DNA of 62,596 nt, filler included, from an uncultured bacterium (GTDB lineage: Bacteria > Latescibacterota > UBA2968): NCBI GenBank assembly GCA_964471275.1. It is 4 parts of 4 records of this genome, joined end to end, with 100 filler letters (N's around TTAATTAATTAA, not from the genome) between each part and the next. Parts side by side here need not be neighbours in the genome. Positions count along the whole stretch, not along the records: positions 16,021 to 31,678 come from CAYYGZ010000102.1; positions 31,779 to 47,171 come from CAYYGZ010000105.1; 2 more parts are not named here. The stretch is one strand, 5' to 3'. Numbering within the stretch: the stretch's first letter is position 1; each line of letters begins with the position of its first letter. Positions 26,948-35,289 of the stretch are shown in pieces. The notes beneath the pieces are model-generated. The model did no database searches, was not told the DNA's origin, and worked only from the letters and a program-made list of their open reading frames with translations. The position numbers and the translations under genes were made by a program.

Positions 26948-28921
26948 ATGGCACTACCCGACCAGGAAACCTCTTCCCAGCCAAGAGTCCAGACTGAAAT
27001 CGCTCACGGCACCATCACCTACCGATCGATGGCCCTTGGATTGGCCGTTGCGGTTTTCGTCATCATCTGGAACACTTACGTCGAATACATCGCGCACACG
27101 GGTCGCATCAACATCACACACTTCCCGCTCGCGCTCTTTGTCCCGTTCACCGTACTCGCACTGATCAACGGCCTCCTTCGCCAGCAGAAGATATCCTGGG
27201 CCTTCGAACCCACAGAAATGCTCGTCGTTGTCGCGATGGGTCTGGTCGGTGCCGCAGTCCCGGCCTACGGCCTGACCAGCTATTTTCTCGGCGTAATCGC
27301 CATCCCGTTCTACCGCGCGACACCCGAGAACCAGTGGGCTTCTTTCTTCCATCAGTATCTGCCCGAGTGGCTGGTCCCGAGTAACGAAGGCGACGCGATG
27401 CGATGGCTGTTCGAGGGATTGCCGAGCCCCGAGATGGCAATCCCGTGGAGCGTCTGGCTTGCGCCGATGGCGGGCTGGATGCTGTTCATTGGCGCGATCG
27501 TACTGGGTTCGATCACCATCGCGATTATGCTCCGCAAGCAGTGGGCAGACTACGAACGCATCACCTACCCGATCCTGCATCCCGCACGCGATCTGGCCGA
27601 ATCAGGCGAGCCCGGAACCGGTATCCTTCGCAATCGGCTCTTCTGGATCGGTTTTGGCGTTCCGTTCCTGATCATCTCTTGGAATATGATCTCCTACTTC
27701 AACCCCGGGTTCCCCCGAATCAGTCTGTATCGTGGATGGATGCCGACACTGGAATACTTCCCGAGCATTCACGTAAACGTAAACTGGTATACAATCGGCT
27801 TCGCCTACTTCGCGAACGTGGACGTGCTCCTCTCGATTGTCGTCTTCTACCTCTGGTACTGGTTCCAGGTCGGGATCTACCGCAGGCTGGGCATCGGGCT
27901 GAGCAAGAAAAGCAACACCAAGGGTGACGCCACGGTATCGCTACAATCAGCCGGCGCATTCCTGTCGCTCGTGTTGTGGGGGATATGGCTGGGGAGGGCT
28001 CACCTCAAGGACATCTTTACCAAGGCCTTCAAACCGGAACACCCTGTCGACGACTCTGAGGAGCTGATGTCATACCGGGCGTGCGTGTTTGGCTTCCTGT
28101 TCAGCTTCATCTTCATCGTCTTCTGGCTCAATTCAATAGGTATCGCCATTCACGTGGCAGTCGTGCTTACAGCAGGCATCTTTATGTCTTACATCGGCGT
28201 CGCTCGCGTGATCGCCGAAACGGGTGTCGTCTACTACAGTATGAACCTCAGCGGCGAGGGGCTCATCAACTTTCTCTTCGGTGGACCGAACGTTTTCGAT
28301 CCGTCAACCAAGACTGCATTGAGAATCGCCGCCGCGATCAGATCGCAGGGCAAGGGGATGTTTATGTCGCCGCTTGTGCACGCGGTTCGGATCGCGGGAA
28401 GCGTTGCGGAGAACAGGCGTCGAATCGTACCCGCACTCTTCACGACAATCTTCGTCGGCGTCGGCTGTGGGATTGTCTACTCGCTCTACCTCGGCTACAC
28501 CTGGGGCGCGTATAATTTTAACGACTACCCGTTCACGCGGTACCCTCCCGGCCTTTACGATGGTCTGGTGAAGGCGCTGAAGGGAGAAATCAAGTGGGAG
28601 CCACAGCGCTACACGTTCTTCGGAATGGGCATCGCGACCTACTTCGTCGTGAGCCTGCTTCGCTACCGGCTCACCTGGTGGCCTCTGACACCGATCGGGT
28701 TGATCGTCCCGATGACGCACGCCATCCACTCGATCTTCTCGATCTTCCTGGCGTGGGGCTCCAAATCGCTCCTGCTCCGTCTCGGTGGTGTGAACCTGTA
28801 TCGCAGGTGTCGCCCCATCTTCGTCGGCCTGCTCGCCGGTCACGCGTGCGGGGTCCTGTTGTCCTTTCTCGTCGACCAAATCTGGTTCCCCGGACAGGGC
28901 CACGGCACACACAGCTGGTAA
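26948..28921 (+). CDS. DUF6785/DUF6784-like polytopic membrane protein (paralogue 2)
   Basis: FYRATPENQW, LRKQW...ERITYP, R..AETG, WWPLTPIG; same architecture as 24296..26224. Confidence 0.8.
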   Translation: MALPDQETSSQPRVQTEIAHGTITYRSMALGLAVAVFVIIWNTYVEYIAHTGRINITHFPLALFVPFTVLALINGLLRQQKISWAFEPTEMLVVVAMGLVGAAVPAYGLTSYFLGVIAIPFYRATPENQWASFFHQYLPEWLVPSNEGDAMRWLFEGLPSPEMAIPWSVWLAPMAGWMLFIGAIVLGSITIAIMLRKQWADYERITYPILHPARDLAESGEPGTGILRNRLFWIGFGVPFLIISWNMISYFNPGFPRISLYRGWMPTLEYFPSIHVNVNWYTIGFAYFANVDVLLSIVVFYLWYWFQVGIYRRLGIGLSKKSNTKGDATVSLQSAGAFLSLVLWGIWLGRAHLKDIFTKAFKPEHPVDDSEELMSYRACVFGFLFSFIFIVFWLNSIGIAIHVAVVLTAGIFMSYIGVARVIAETGVVYYSMNLSGEGLINFLFGGPNVFDPSTKTALRIAAAIRSQGKGMFMSPLVHAVRIAGSVAENRRRIVPALFTTIFVGVGCGIVYSLYLGYTWGAYNFNDYPFTRYPPGLYDGLVKALKGEIKWEPQRYTFFGMGIATYFVVSLLRYRLTWWPLTPIGLIVPMTHAIHSIFSIFLAWGSKSLLLRLGGVNLYRRCRPIFVGLLAGHACGVLLSFLVDQIWFPGQGHGTHSW

Positions 28922-28958
28922 CAGGACATTCGACATCGCTCTTGATCTCCGATTCTGG

Positions 28959-29004
28959 AGCCCCAAAGGGGCGACCGCCATTAGCCTGGGGCGTCAGCCC
29001 CAGG
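28959..29004 (+). repeat. REP-like double-hairpin element
   Basis: AGCCCC-AAA-GGGGCG...TAGCCTGGGGCGTCAGCCCCAGG; related copy at 31580. Confidence 0.7.
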
Positions 29005-29081
29005 GAGAGATCGCATCCCTGACACAGATCACGGCGCCCTCATCGGCAGCAGGTCCCTGCACGACCCAGAGATCTCACAAA

Positions 29082-29159
29082 AATGTCGAACACCGAATGC
29101 CGAACTCCGAATCTCGAACACCTTCGTAATCCGACATTCGGAGTTCGGCATTCGACATT
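29082..29159. repeat. Inverted array of degenerate NNNCGAA heptamers
   Basis: tgtcgaa caccgaa tgccgaa ctccgaa tctcgaa ... ttcggag ttcggca ttcgaca. Confidence 0.85.
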
Positions 29160-29199
29160 GCCTCCATCCTCTTCGGCTCCCATCCAAGGACACAGAAAA

Positions 29200-30345
29200 A
29201 TGCCCGTAGGTCAGATCTACCCATCCGAAATGTCTATATACCAGGACCACGAATCCGGCATGACGGTCCACCAGCTCACCAACCACAGAACCCACAGTCA
29301 TCACTTCTACTTCACCAACAACGGTTGGTATGCGGATGGGTCCAGACTGCTCGTCTCATCTGACCGTGGCAACGCCACCAACCTCTATGGCATCGATCTC
29401 TCCTCCGGTGAGATCCAACAGCTCACCGATCTGACGCCGCTTCCTCTTCCGCGTGAAGTTGAATTCCTTCGTGCCTGCGTAAACCCGACAAAGGATGAAA
29501 CCTACTTCTGGTATGGTCTCGACCTTATTGCACTGAATCTGATGACACTCGAGAGTCGCATCATCTTCCAGATGGATGAGAGCTGGGACGTCTCGATGAT
29601 CAACTGCAGTTCGGACGGCGCCCACGTCTACGCCAGCATCTCCGAGGACCTCTCAGACCGCATTCGCATCGACTACTTACGTGGTTACGTGGGATTCGCG
29701 GAAACCTGGGAAGCCAGACCGCTCAGCCGCATCATCAAAGTGGCAACGGACGGTTCAGGTGGGAAGGCGGTATTCGAGGAGCATTACTGGATCGGTCACG
29801 TCAACACATCGCCGTCAAAGCCGAATATCCTGACGTTCTGTCACGAAGGTCCGTGGCACAAGGTCGACAACCGAATCTGGGGATACGATGACGAAACGGG
29901 CAAGGTCTGGAAGATTCGCCAGCCGAAGCAGGACGGCGAAAACGTCGGTCACGAATACTGGTTTGCGGATGGGGAACGGATTGGATACCACGGACATCTG
30001 CCCGATGGCAGCAAGCATCTGGGGAGCTGTCGGTATGACGACACCGACCACATTGAAAACAGCTTTCCTGGACTGACGGGCCACATACACTCGAACGATG
30101 AGAAGCTGATTGTCGGTGACGGCGGCCGCGTGGTCCGGCTCTGGCAGTGGGATGGTGAAGCGTATGGGAACCCGCGGATCCTGTGCAGACACGATTCGTC
30201 GATGAAGACCCAGCAGCTCCACGTCCACCCTCGCTTCACGGCAGACAACAGCCAGGTCGTCTTCACGTCGGACGTATCCGGATACGGGGACGTCTACCTC
30301 GTCGACGTCCCGGACTTCGCCACGCTGTCAGAGATCGAGGAATAA
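29200..30345 (+). CDS. ogl: Oligogalacturonate lyase family protein (PL22)
   Basis: HHFYFTNN, W.GH.N.SP, FCHEGPW..V..R.W, GHEYW..DG, HVHP.F; AAGGA RBS before ATG 29200; no signal peptide. Confidence 0.88.
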   Translation: MPVGQIYPSEMSIYQDHESGMTVHQLTNHRTHSHHFYFTNNGWYADGSRLLVSSDRGNATNLYGIDLSSGEIQQLTDLTPLPLPREVEFLRACVNPTKDETYFWYGLDLIALNLMTLESRIIFQMDESWDVSMINCSSDGAHVYASISEDLSDRIRIDYLRGYVGFAETWEARPLSRIIKVATDGSGGKAVFEEHYWIGHVNTSPSKPNILTFCHEGPWHKVDNRIWGYDDETGKVWKIRQPKQDGENVGHEYWFADGERIGYHGHLPDGSKHLGSCRYDDTDHIENSFPGLTGHIHSNDEKLIVGDGGRVVRLWQWDGEAYGNPRILCRHDSSMKTQQLHVHPRFTADNSQVVFTSDVSGYGDVYLVDVPDFATLSEIEE

Positions 30346-30444
30346 CCCCGGGTGAATGCCGACCTGCTGGGGTTCGAATCCGGGAACGGTGGCAGTTGAC
30401 GTTCAGATACGGAGACCACCAACACACGATTGGGAGGACCACCG

Positions 30445-30792
30445 TTGCGGCTCGGGCACATCGCGATCTTCTCCGTTGATCCTGAGAAGGCTTTGGCGCT
30501 CTATCGGGACATCCTGGGATTCAGCCCGACCGCTCGGCAGGGAGAGATGATCTGGGTTCAGCTGGACGACCTCGAAATCCTGATCCGTCCCAGACAGCCA
30601 CCCAATCCAGCGTCTCGATACGAAGAAAGCGCCACGGGCATTGTCCCATATACGGACCACCGTGACGCTCTGCTCGAGGAACTCCAAAACAGGGGACTTC
30701 AGATCAGAGACACTGCCGACTCCGACAAGTGCTTCACGTTCACAGATCTAGACGGCAACGGGCACCTGCTAGATAATCCGGCCGATCACTGA
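30445..30792 (+). CDS. VOC/glyoxalase family protein (possibly degenerating)
   Basis: LGHIAIF..D.EKA...Y.D.LGF, F.FTDLDGN; GGGAGG RBS. Confidence 0.72.
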   Translation: MRLGHIAIFSVDPEKALALYRDILGFSPTARQGEMIWVQLDDLEILIRPRQPPNPASRYEESATGIVPYTDHRDALLEELQNRGLQIRDTADSDKCFTFTDLDGNGHLLDNPADH

Positions 30793-31579
30793 CCCCTTAC
30801 CGCTCGAACCGCAGGTGGCAGTAAAAGCCGACGGTCTGTGCGCAATCGCTGATTGTGCTTATGGAAGAACGACTCTCAAAGAGACCTGGTGGGATCCAGC
30901 ACCTGGAGCGACTCGAAATAGTCGCGGGTGAGACCTTGATCTCGCGTGATAAGTCGATCGGTGTGGACCTGCACGTGTGCCGCAATCAGGAAGTCGGCTA
31001 TGATTCGGCGTTGAGATCGAGCTCTCGACAGGTAATGGCTGAAGGTTACACCCGCGAGTTGTGCGCTCTCGCTGGAGGACGGAAGCCTGGGAATGAAGGC
31101 CGTTCCCTACAACGAGTCCGTCACCCTAGCCGCCATGGATCAGGTCCCCCTCAAGGCCCTCCTTCGTAGAAGCCTAGAAGCGCGGATATCGGAAAGGGAC
31201 ACTACCCATCCACCGAGCCCTGCACGACCTGTCCCCTCTGCGGGCAATGGGCTACAGGTAGAACGAGCGTATCTCTCGGCTCGGCTCTGCGGCACCCTCT
31301 CCTCTCTTCTTCAGTTTGCTGGGCCCTGAATGATTCACAAAGCCGACCAACCTCATCCCGACGAAGCAAGCATACACGGCGCCGAGGCGGGCAAATCGCA
31401 ATGCCTTCACCATCGGGAATTAAGCAAGGCGAGAGATGCCTGCGGACCGTGGACCTTCTGCGCACAGATCCATCGGCCGCAGGTCAACCGCCATCGGCGG
31501 CAATCTGTGAAGCGTTCGACTGGGGGTTGTGCCTGGGGGGTCTACAGTGACAATGCTGTTCTGATAGGCAATCTGCCTC

Positions 31580-31678
31580 AGCCCCGGAATGGGGCGTCCG
31601 CCGATAGCCAGGGGTGGGGCCCCCCCCCCCGTGCGGCGGGAGCGGAGCGAAGAAGGCCAGCGGGGGCCCCCCCCCGGG
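31580..31678 (+). repeat. REP-like element at the contig end (low-quality poly-C)
   Basis: AGCCCCGGAATGGGGCG-TCCGCCGA-TAGCCAGGGG, similar to 28959-29004. Confidence 0.55.
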
Positions 31679-31778
31679 NNNNNNNNNNNNNNNNNNNNNN
31701 NNNNNNNNNNNNNNNNNNNNNNTTAATTAATTAANNNNNNNNNNNNNNNNNNNNNNNNNNNNNNNNNNNNNNNNNNNN
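31679..31778. other. Artificial contig linker
   Basis: N-run, TTAATTAATTAA, N-run. Confidence 0.99.
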
Positions 31779-33443
31779 GTCTCGAAGCTGACGAGTCTGG
31801 ATCCCGGTGAGGTCCAGAATCTACTCGAGACACCACCGAACCCGGATCTGGGTGATTACGCGCTTCCGTGCTTTGTGTTGGCGAAGACACTTCGGAAAGC
31901 GCCGAATAAGATTGCTGAAGAACTGAGCAGTCAGGTGGAGACAGGTGGCACCATCACTGAGGTCCGGCCGATGGGGCCCTACCTCAATTTCTTTGTTTCG
32001 AAAACCGACCTAGTCTCCGGAACGATGGAGAAGGTGCTTTCACAAGGTGATGCCTACGGCCGCTCCGAGGCGGGGACTGGAAAGACGGTCGTTGTCGATT
32101 TCTCCTCGCCAAACATCGCCAAACCATTCACGATCGGGCACCTACGCACGACGGCCATCGGGAATGCTCTGGTACGTATCTACAATGCACTTGGCTGGAA
32201 TGCTGTCGGGATCAATTACCTCGGTGATTGGGGCGCTCCCCACGGGATGAATATCGCATCCTACAAGCAGTGGGGCGATGAGGAGACGGTGCGCAAGAAC
32301 CCACCTTACGAACTTTTCAGCCTGTATGTGAAGTTTAATGCGGAGGTCGAGAACGACCCGTCGCTGAAAGAATCTGCTCAGGCCTGGACACGGAAACTCG
32401 AGGATGGGGATGAAGAAGCCCTCGGGTTGTGGAAATGGTTCAGAGAAGAGACAATTGAGGACTTCAAGCGCGTCTACAATCGGATGGGGATCGGTTTCAC
32501 CGAGTACAGCGGCGAGAGCCTGTATCATCAGCCGTCGTCGGACCTGCTGGAGAAGCTGAAGTCGGACGGGCTGGCCGCCGAGAGTGAGGGTGCCCTCGTC
32601 GTGAACTACGACGACGATTTGACACCTGCCGTTCTTCAGACCAGCCACGGGACAATCGTTTACCTGCCACGCGATCTCTGTGCAGCGGTCGATCGGAAAA
32701 AGCGTTACGACTTCGACAAGATGATCTATGTCGTGGGTGCCGAACAGACGCTCCACTTCAAGCAACTCTTCCGCACGCTGAAGATGATGGGGAATGACTG
32801 GGTGGACACGTGCAAACACATCTCCTTCGGCTTGATCAACTTCAAGGGCATGAAGATGTCCACTCGCAAGGGCAACGTGATCTTTCTAGAAGAGGTTCTG
32901 GATCGTGCGATCGAGATCACGCGTGGCATCATCGAAGAGAAGAATCCCGATCTTCCGAACAAAGACAAGGTCGCAGAAGATGTCGGTATTGGGGCCATAA
33001 TCTATGCGGATCTTGACTCACGACGCACTCGTGACGTCGTGTTCGATTGGGAAGAGATTCTGAATTTTACCGGCGATAGCGGGCCATATATCCAGTATAC
33101 TCACGCCCGCTATTGCAGCGTCTTGCGCAAATTCGGAAAAACGACACCGCCCCCGGATGCAGATTTGACGTTGCTGTCGGAGCCGGAAGCACTCGCAGCG
33201 GTCAAGTGCATTGAGGACTTTTCGAAGAAGCTCGAGCAGGCGGCAGAGAACGATGAACCCTCGTTGATTGCTACCTACCTCATCGAGCTGTGTACCGTTG
33301 CGAATCGCTTCTACAACGCGTGTCGTGTCGTCTCCGAGGATGAAGCATTGACGCGTTCACGTGTGACCCTGGTATACGCGATCAAGGTGGTCTTGAAGAA
33401 CGGTCTCGGATTGCTCGGCATCAATGCCCCGGAGGAGATGTAA
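31779..33443 (+). CDS. argS: Arginine--tRNA ligase (5'-partial)
   Basis: Frame open from the contig start (LETPPNPDLGDYALPCF); DFSSPNIAKPF.IGHLR, KMSTRKG, GPYIQY.HAR, APEEM*. Confidence 0.97.
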   Translation, partial: VSKLTSLDPGEVQNLLETPPNPDLGDYALPCFVLAKTLRKAPNKIAEELSSQVETGGTITEVRPMGPYLNFFVSKTDLVSGTMEKVLSQGDAYGRSEAGTGKTVVVDFSSPNIAKPFTIGHLRTTAIGNALVRIYNALGWNAVGINYLGDWGAPHGMNIASYKQWGDEETVRKNPPYELFSLYVKFNAEVENDPSLKESAQAWTRKLEDGDEEALGLWKWFREETIEDFKRVYNRMGIGFTEYSGESLYHQPSSDLLEKLKSDGLAAESEGALVVNYDDDLTPAVLQTSHGTIVYLPRDLCAAVDRKKRYDFDKMIYVVGAEQTLHFKQLFRTLKMMGNDWVDTCKHISFGLINFKGMKMSTRKGNVIFLEEVLDRAIEITRGIIEEKNPDLPNKDKVAEDVGIGAIIYADLDSRRTRDVVFDWEEILNFTGDSGPYIQYTHARYCSVLRKFGKTTPPPDADLTLLSEPEALAAVKCIEDFSKKLEQAAENDEPSLIATYLIELCTVANRFYNACRVVSEDEALTRSRVTLVYAIKVVLKNGLGLLGINAPEEM

Positions 33444-33449
33444 GCCTTG

Positions 33450-34157
33450 GTGGATGAGAAGCAGATTCTACACTGTGATACGTGCGGCAAGGAGACCGAA
33501 CATCTGCATCGCGACGTCCTTGACGCAGGTTATAATGCACTTCTCAAGCCACCGATGTGGAACTGCGAGTCGTGCTACCGCAATAAACGTGCGCTTCGGT
33601 CGATCGGCGGGAGCCCGGTTCAGGTAAATTCGGAGAAACAGATATACGTTACCGGGTTCATGGCGACGGGCAAGAGTAAGATCAGTCCAATCCTGGCCGC
33701 CTTGACCGGGAGAACTCATCTGGACACCGACGAGATGATCGCCGAGAAGGCAGGGAAGGGCATCCCCGAGATTTTCGAGCAAGACGGGGAGCCGACGTTC
33801 AGAGATCTCGAGCATCAGTGCGTGTCCGAGGCATCGACCGAATCCCCGTCGGTCATCTCTCTGGGAGGAGGGGCAGTCGCCTGTGAGCGCAACTGGGATG
33901 TGATGGAGATAAATGGGCTTAGTCTGTGTATCTGCGCATCGGTGGAAACGATTTTCGCACGAGTCGCCAGAAAACGAGAGGAGCGTCCGCTTCTTTCGGG
34001 ATTGACCGATGACGAGTGTGTCGAACGGATCGGGTCGATGCTGACAGAACGCGAGCCCTTCTATGCCAGAGCGAATGTGTTCGTGACATCCGACGGAGAG
34101 AAGACTCCAGAAGATACCGCGGTCGAAGCGCTGAACCTGCTTCGGGCACTTGCTTGA
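33450..34157 (+). CDS. aroK: Shikimate kinase with N-terminal CxxC...CxxC extension
   Basis: GFMATGKS, D.D..I, IFEQDGE..FR..E, SLGGG, RPLL, R.PFY. Confidence 0.9.
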   Translation: MDEKQILHCDTCGKETEHLHRDVLDAGYNALLKPPMWNCESCYRNKRALRSIGGSPVQVNSEKQIYVTGFMATGKSKISPILAALTGRTHLDTDEMIAEKAGKGIPEIFEQDGEPTFRDLEHQCVSEASTESPSVISLGGGAVACERNWDVMEINGLSLCICASVETIFARVARKREERPLLSGLTDDECVERIGSMLTEREPFYARANVFVTSDGEKTPEDTAVEALNLLRALA

Positions 34158-34191
34158 TCTCGGCTTGGTTAACGGAATTGGTGGAACTCAC

Positions 34192-35289
34192 GTGCAGACT
34201 GTTCACGTAAATCTCGGCTCACGGAGCTATGATATCCTGGTCGGTCACGGCATTCTCGATCGGCTCGGAGATGCGCATCGACGGCTGGGTCTGGGGGCAA
34301 AGGCTGCCCTTGTCACAAATCCAACGGTTTCTGCTCTCTATCTTGATCCAGTCAAGCAGAGCCTGGAAGCGGCCGGCGTCGACGTCCACGTTGTGACGGT
34401 ACCAGACGGCGAGGAATACAAGACACTGGACACCGTGGGCGACATCCACGGCAAGCTGATGGCGGGAGGGCTGGACCGCACCTCGTGTGTTGTGACGCTA
34501 GGGGGGGGCGTGGTCGGCGACATGGCCGGTTTTGTGGCGGCTACCTATATGCGCGGGATCGACTTCGTGCAGGTGCCCACGACGCTCGAGGCCCAGGTCG
34601 ATGCAAGCGTCGGGGGGAAGACTGCCGTTGATCACGCCAGCGGGAAGAATATGATCGGGGCTTTCCATCAGCCCAGGCTGGTCCTGATCGACACGGAGAC
34701 GCTGCTTTCTCTCCCAAAACGTGACGTGAGATCCGGGCTAGCGGAAGTCATCAAGCACGGGATGATTCGCGACGATGAGCTGGTAACGTTTCTTGACAAG
34801 CATATGGAAAAGATCGCAGCGCTAGAAGTCGAAGCGGGGGAACTGGATTGGTTGATAGCCAGGAACTGTCAAATCAAGGCAGGTGTCGTGGAAAGGGACG
34901 AGACGGAGCAAGGGCTCCGGGAGATCCTCAACTACGGCCACACAGTCGGTCACGCAATCGAATCGGCCTCGGAATTCCGACTGCGGCACGGTGAGGCAAT
35001 CGCGCTCGGGATGATGGCAGAAGCGAAGATCGCCGTTGATAAGGGTCTTTGTGGCTCAGAGACGCTGGAACAACAGAACCAGCTGCTGCGGAGAACGGGT
35101 TTGTGCAACTGGGATTCTGGTGTGGTAGAGCGCGACGTGCTTCAGTTGATGGCGTCGGACAAGAAGGCGAGAGACGGAGTGATCCGGTTCGTACTGCTCG
35201 AAGGTGTCGCGAAGACGATCAACTCCGACGATGTGACCCGCAGCGATATAGAGACGGGGCTTCGCTATGTGATTGAAGAGGCGTCCTAA
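34192..35289 (+). CDS. aroB: 3-dehydroquinate synthase
   Basis: DGEEYK, LGGGVVGD.AGF.AATYMRG, PTTL.AQVDASVGGKT, LNYGHT.GHAIE, HGEA. Confidence 0.97.
   Translation: MQTVHVNLGSRSYDILVGHGILDRLGDAHRRLGLGAKAALVTNPTVSALYLDPVKQSLEAAGVDVHVVTVPDGEEYKTLDTVGDIHGKLMAGGLDRTSCVVTLGGGVVGDMAGFVAATYMRGIDFVQVPTTLEAQVDASVGGKTAVDHASGKNMIGAFHQPRLVLIDTETLLSLPKRDVRSGLAEVIKHGMIRDDELVTFLDKHMEKIAALEVEAGELDWLIARNCQIKAGVVERDETEQGLREILNYGHTVGHAIESASEFRLRHGEAIALGMMAEAKIAVDKGLCGSETLEQQNQLLRRTGLCNWDSGVVERDVLQLMASDKKARDGVIRFVLLEGVAKTINSDDVTRSDIETGLRYVIEEAS

Noticed and set aside
21361..29159. Repeats as a CRISPR array
   Set aside because: There is no regular repeat-spacer pattern and no cas gene; these are heptamer tracts and REP-like palindromes.
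29083..29199. N-terminal extension of the PL22 lyase (and similar long starts at 18097, 37430, 52794, 6674)
   Set aside because: The extensions translate repeats or neighbouring genes; downstream starts fit the homology and usually the RBS.
30365..30390. GGTTCGAATCC tRNA T-loop-like motif
   Set aside because: There is no 5-bp T stem, acceptor stem or cloverleaf around it.
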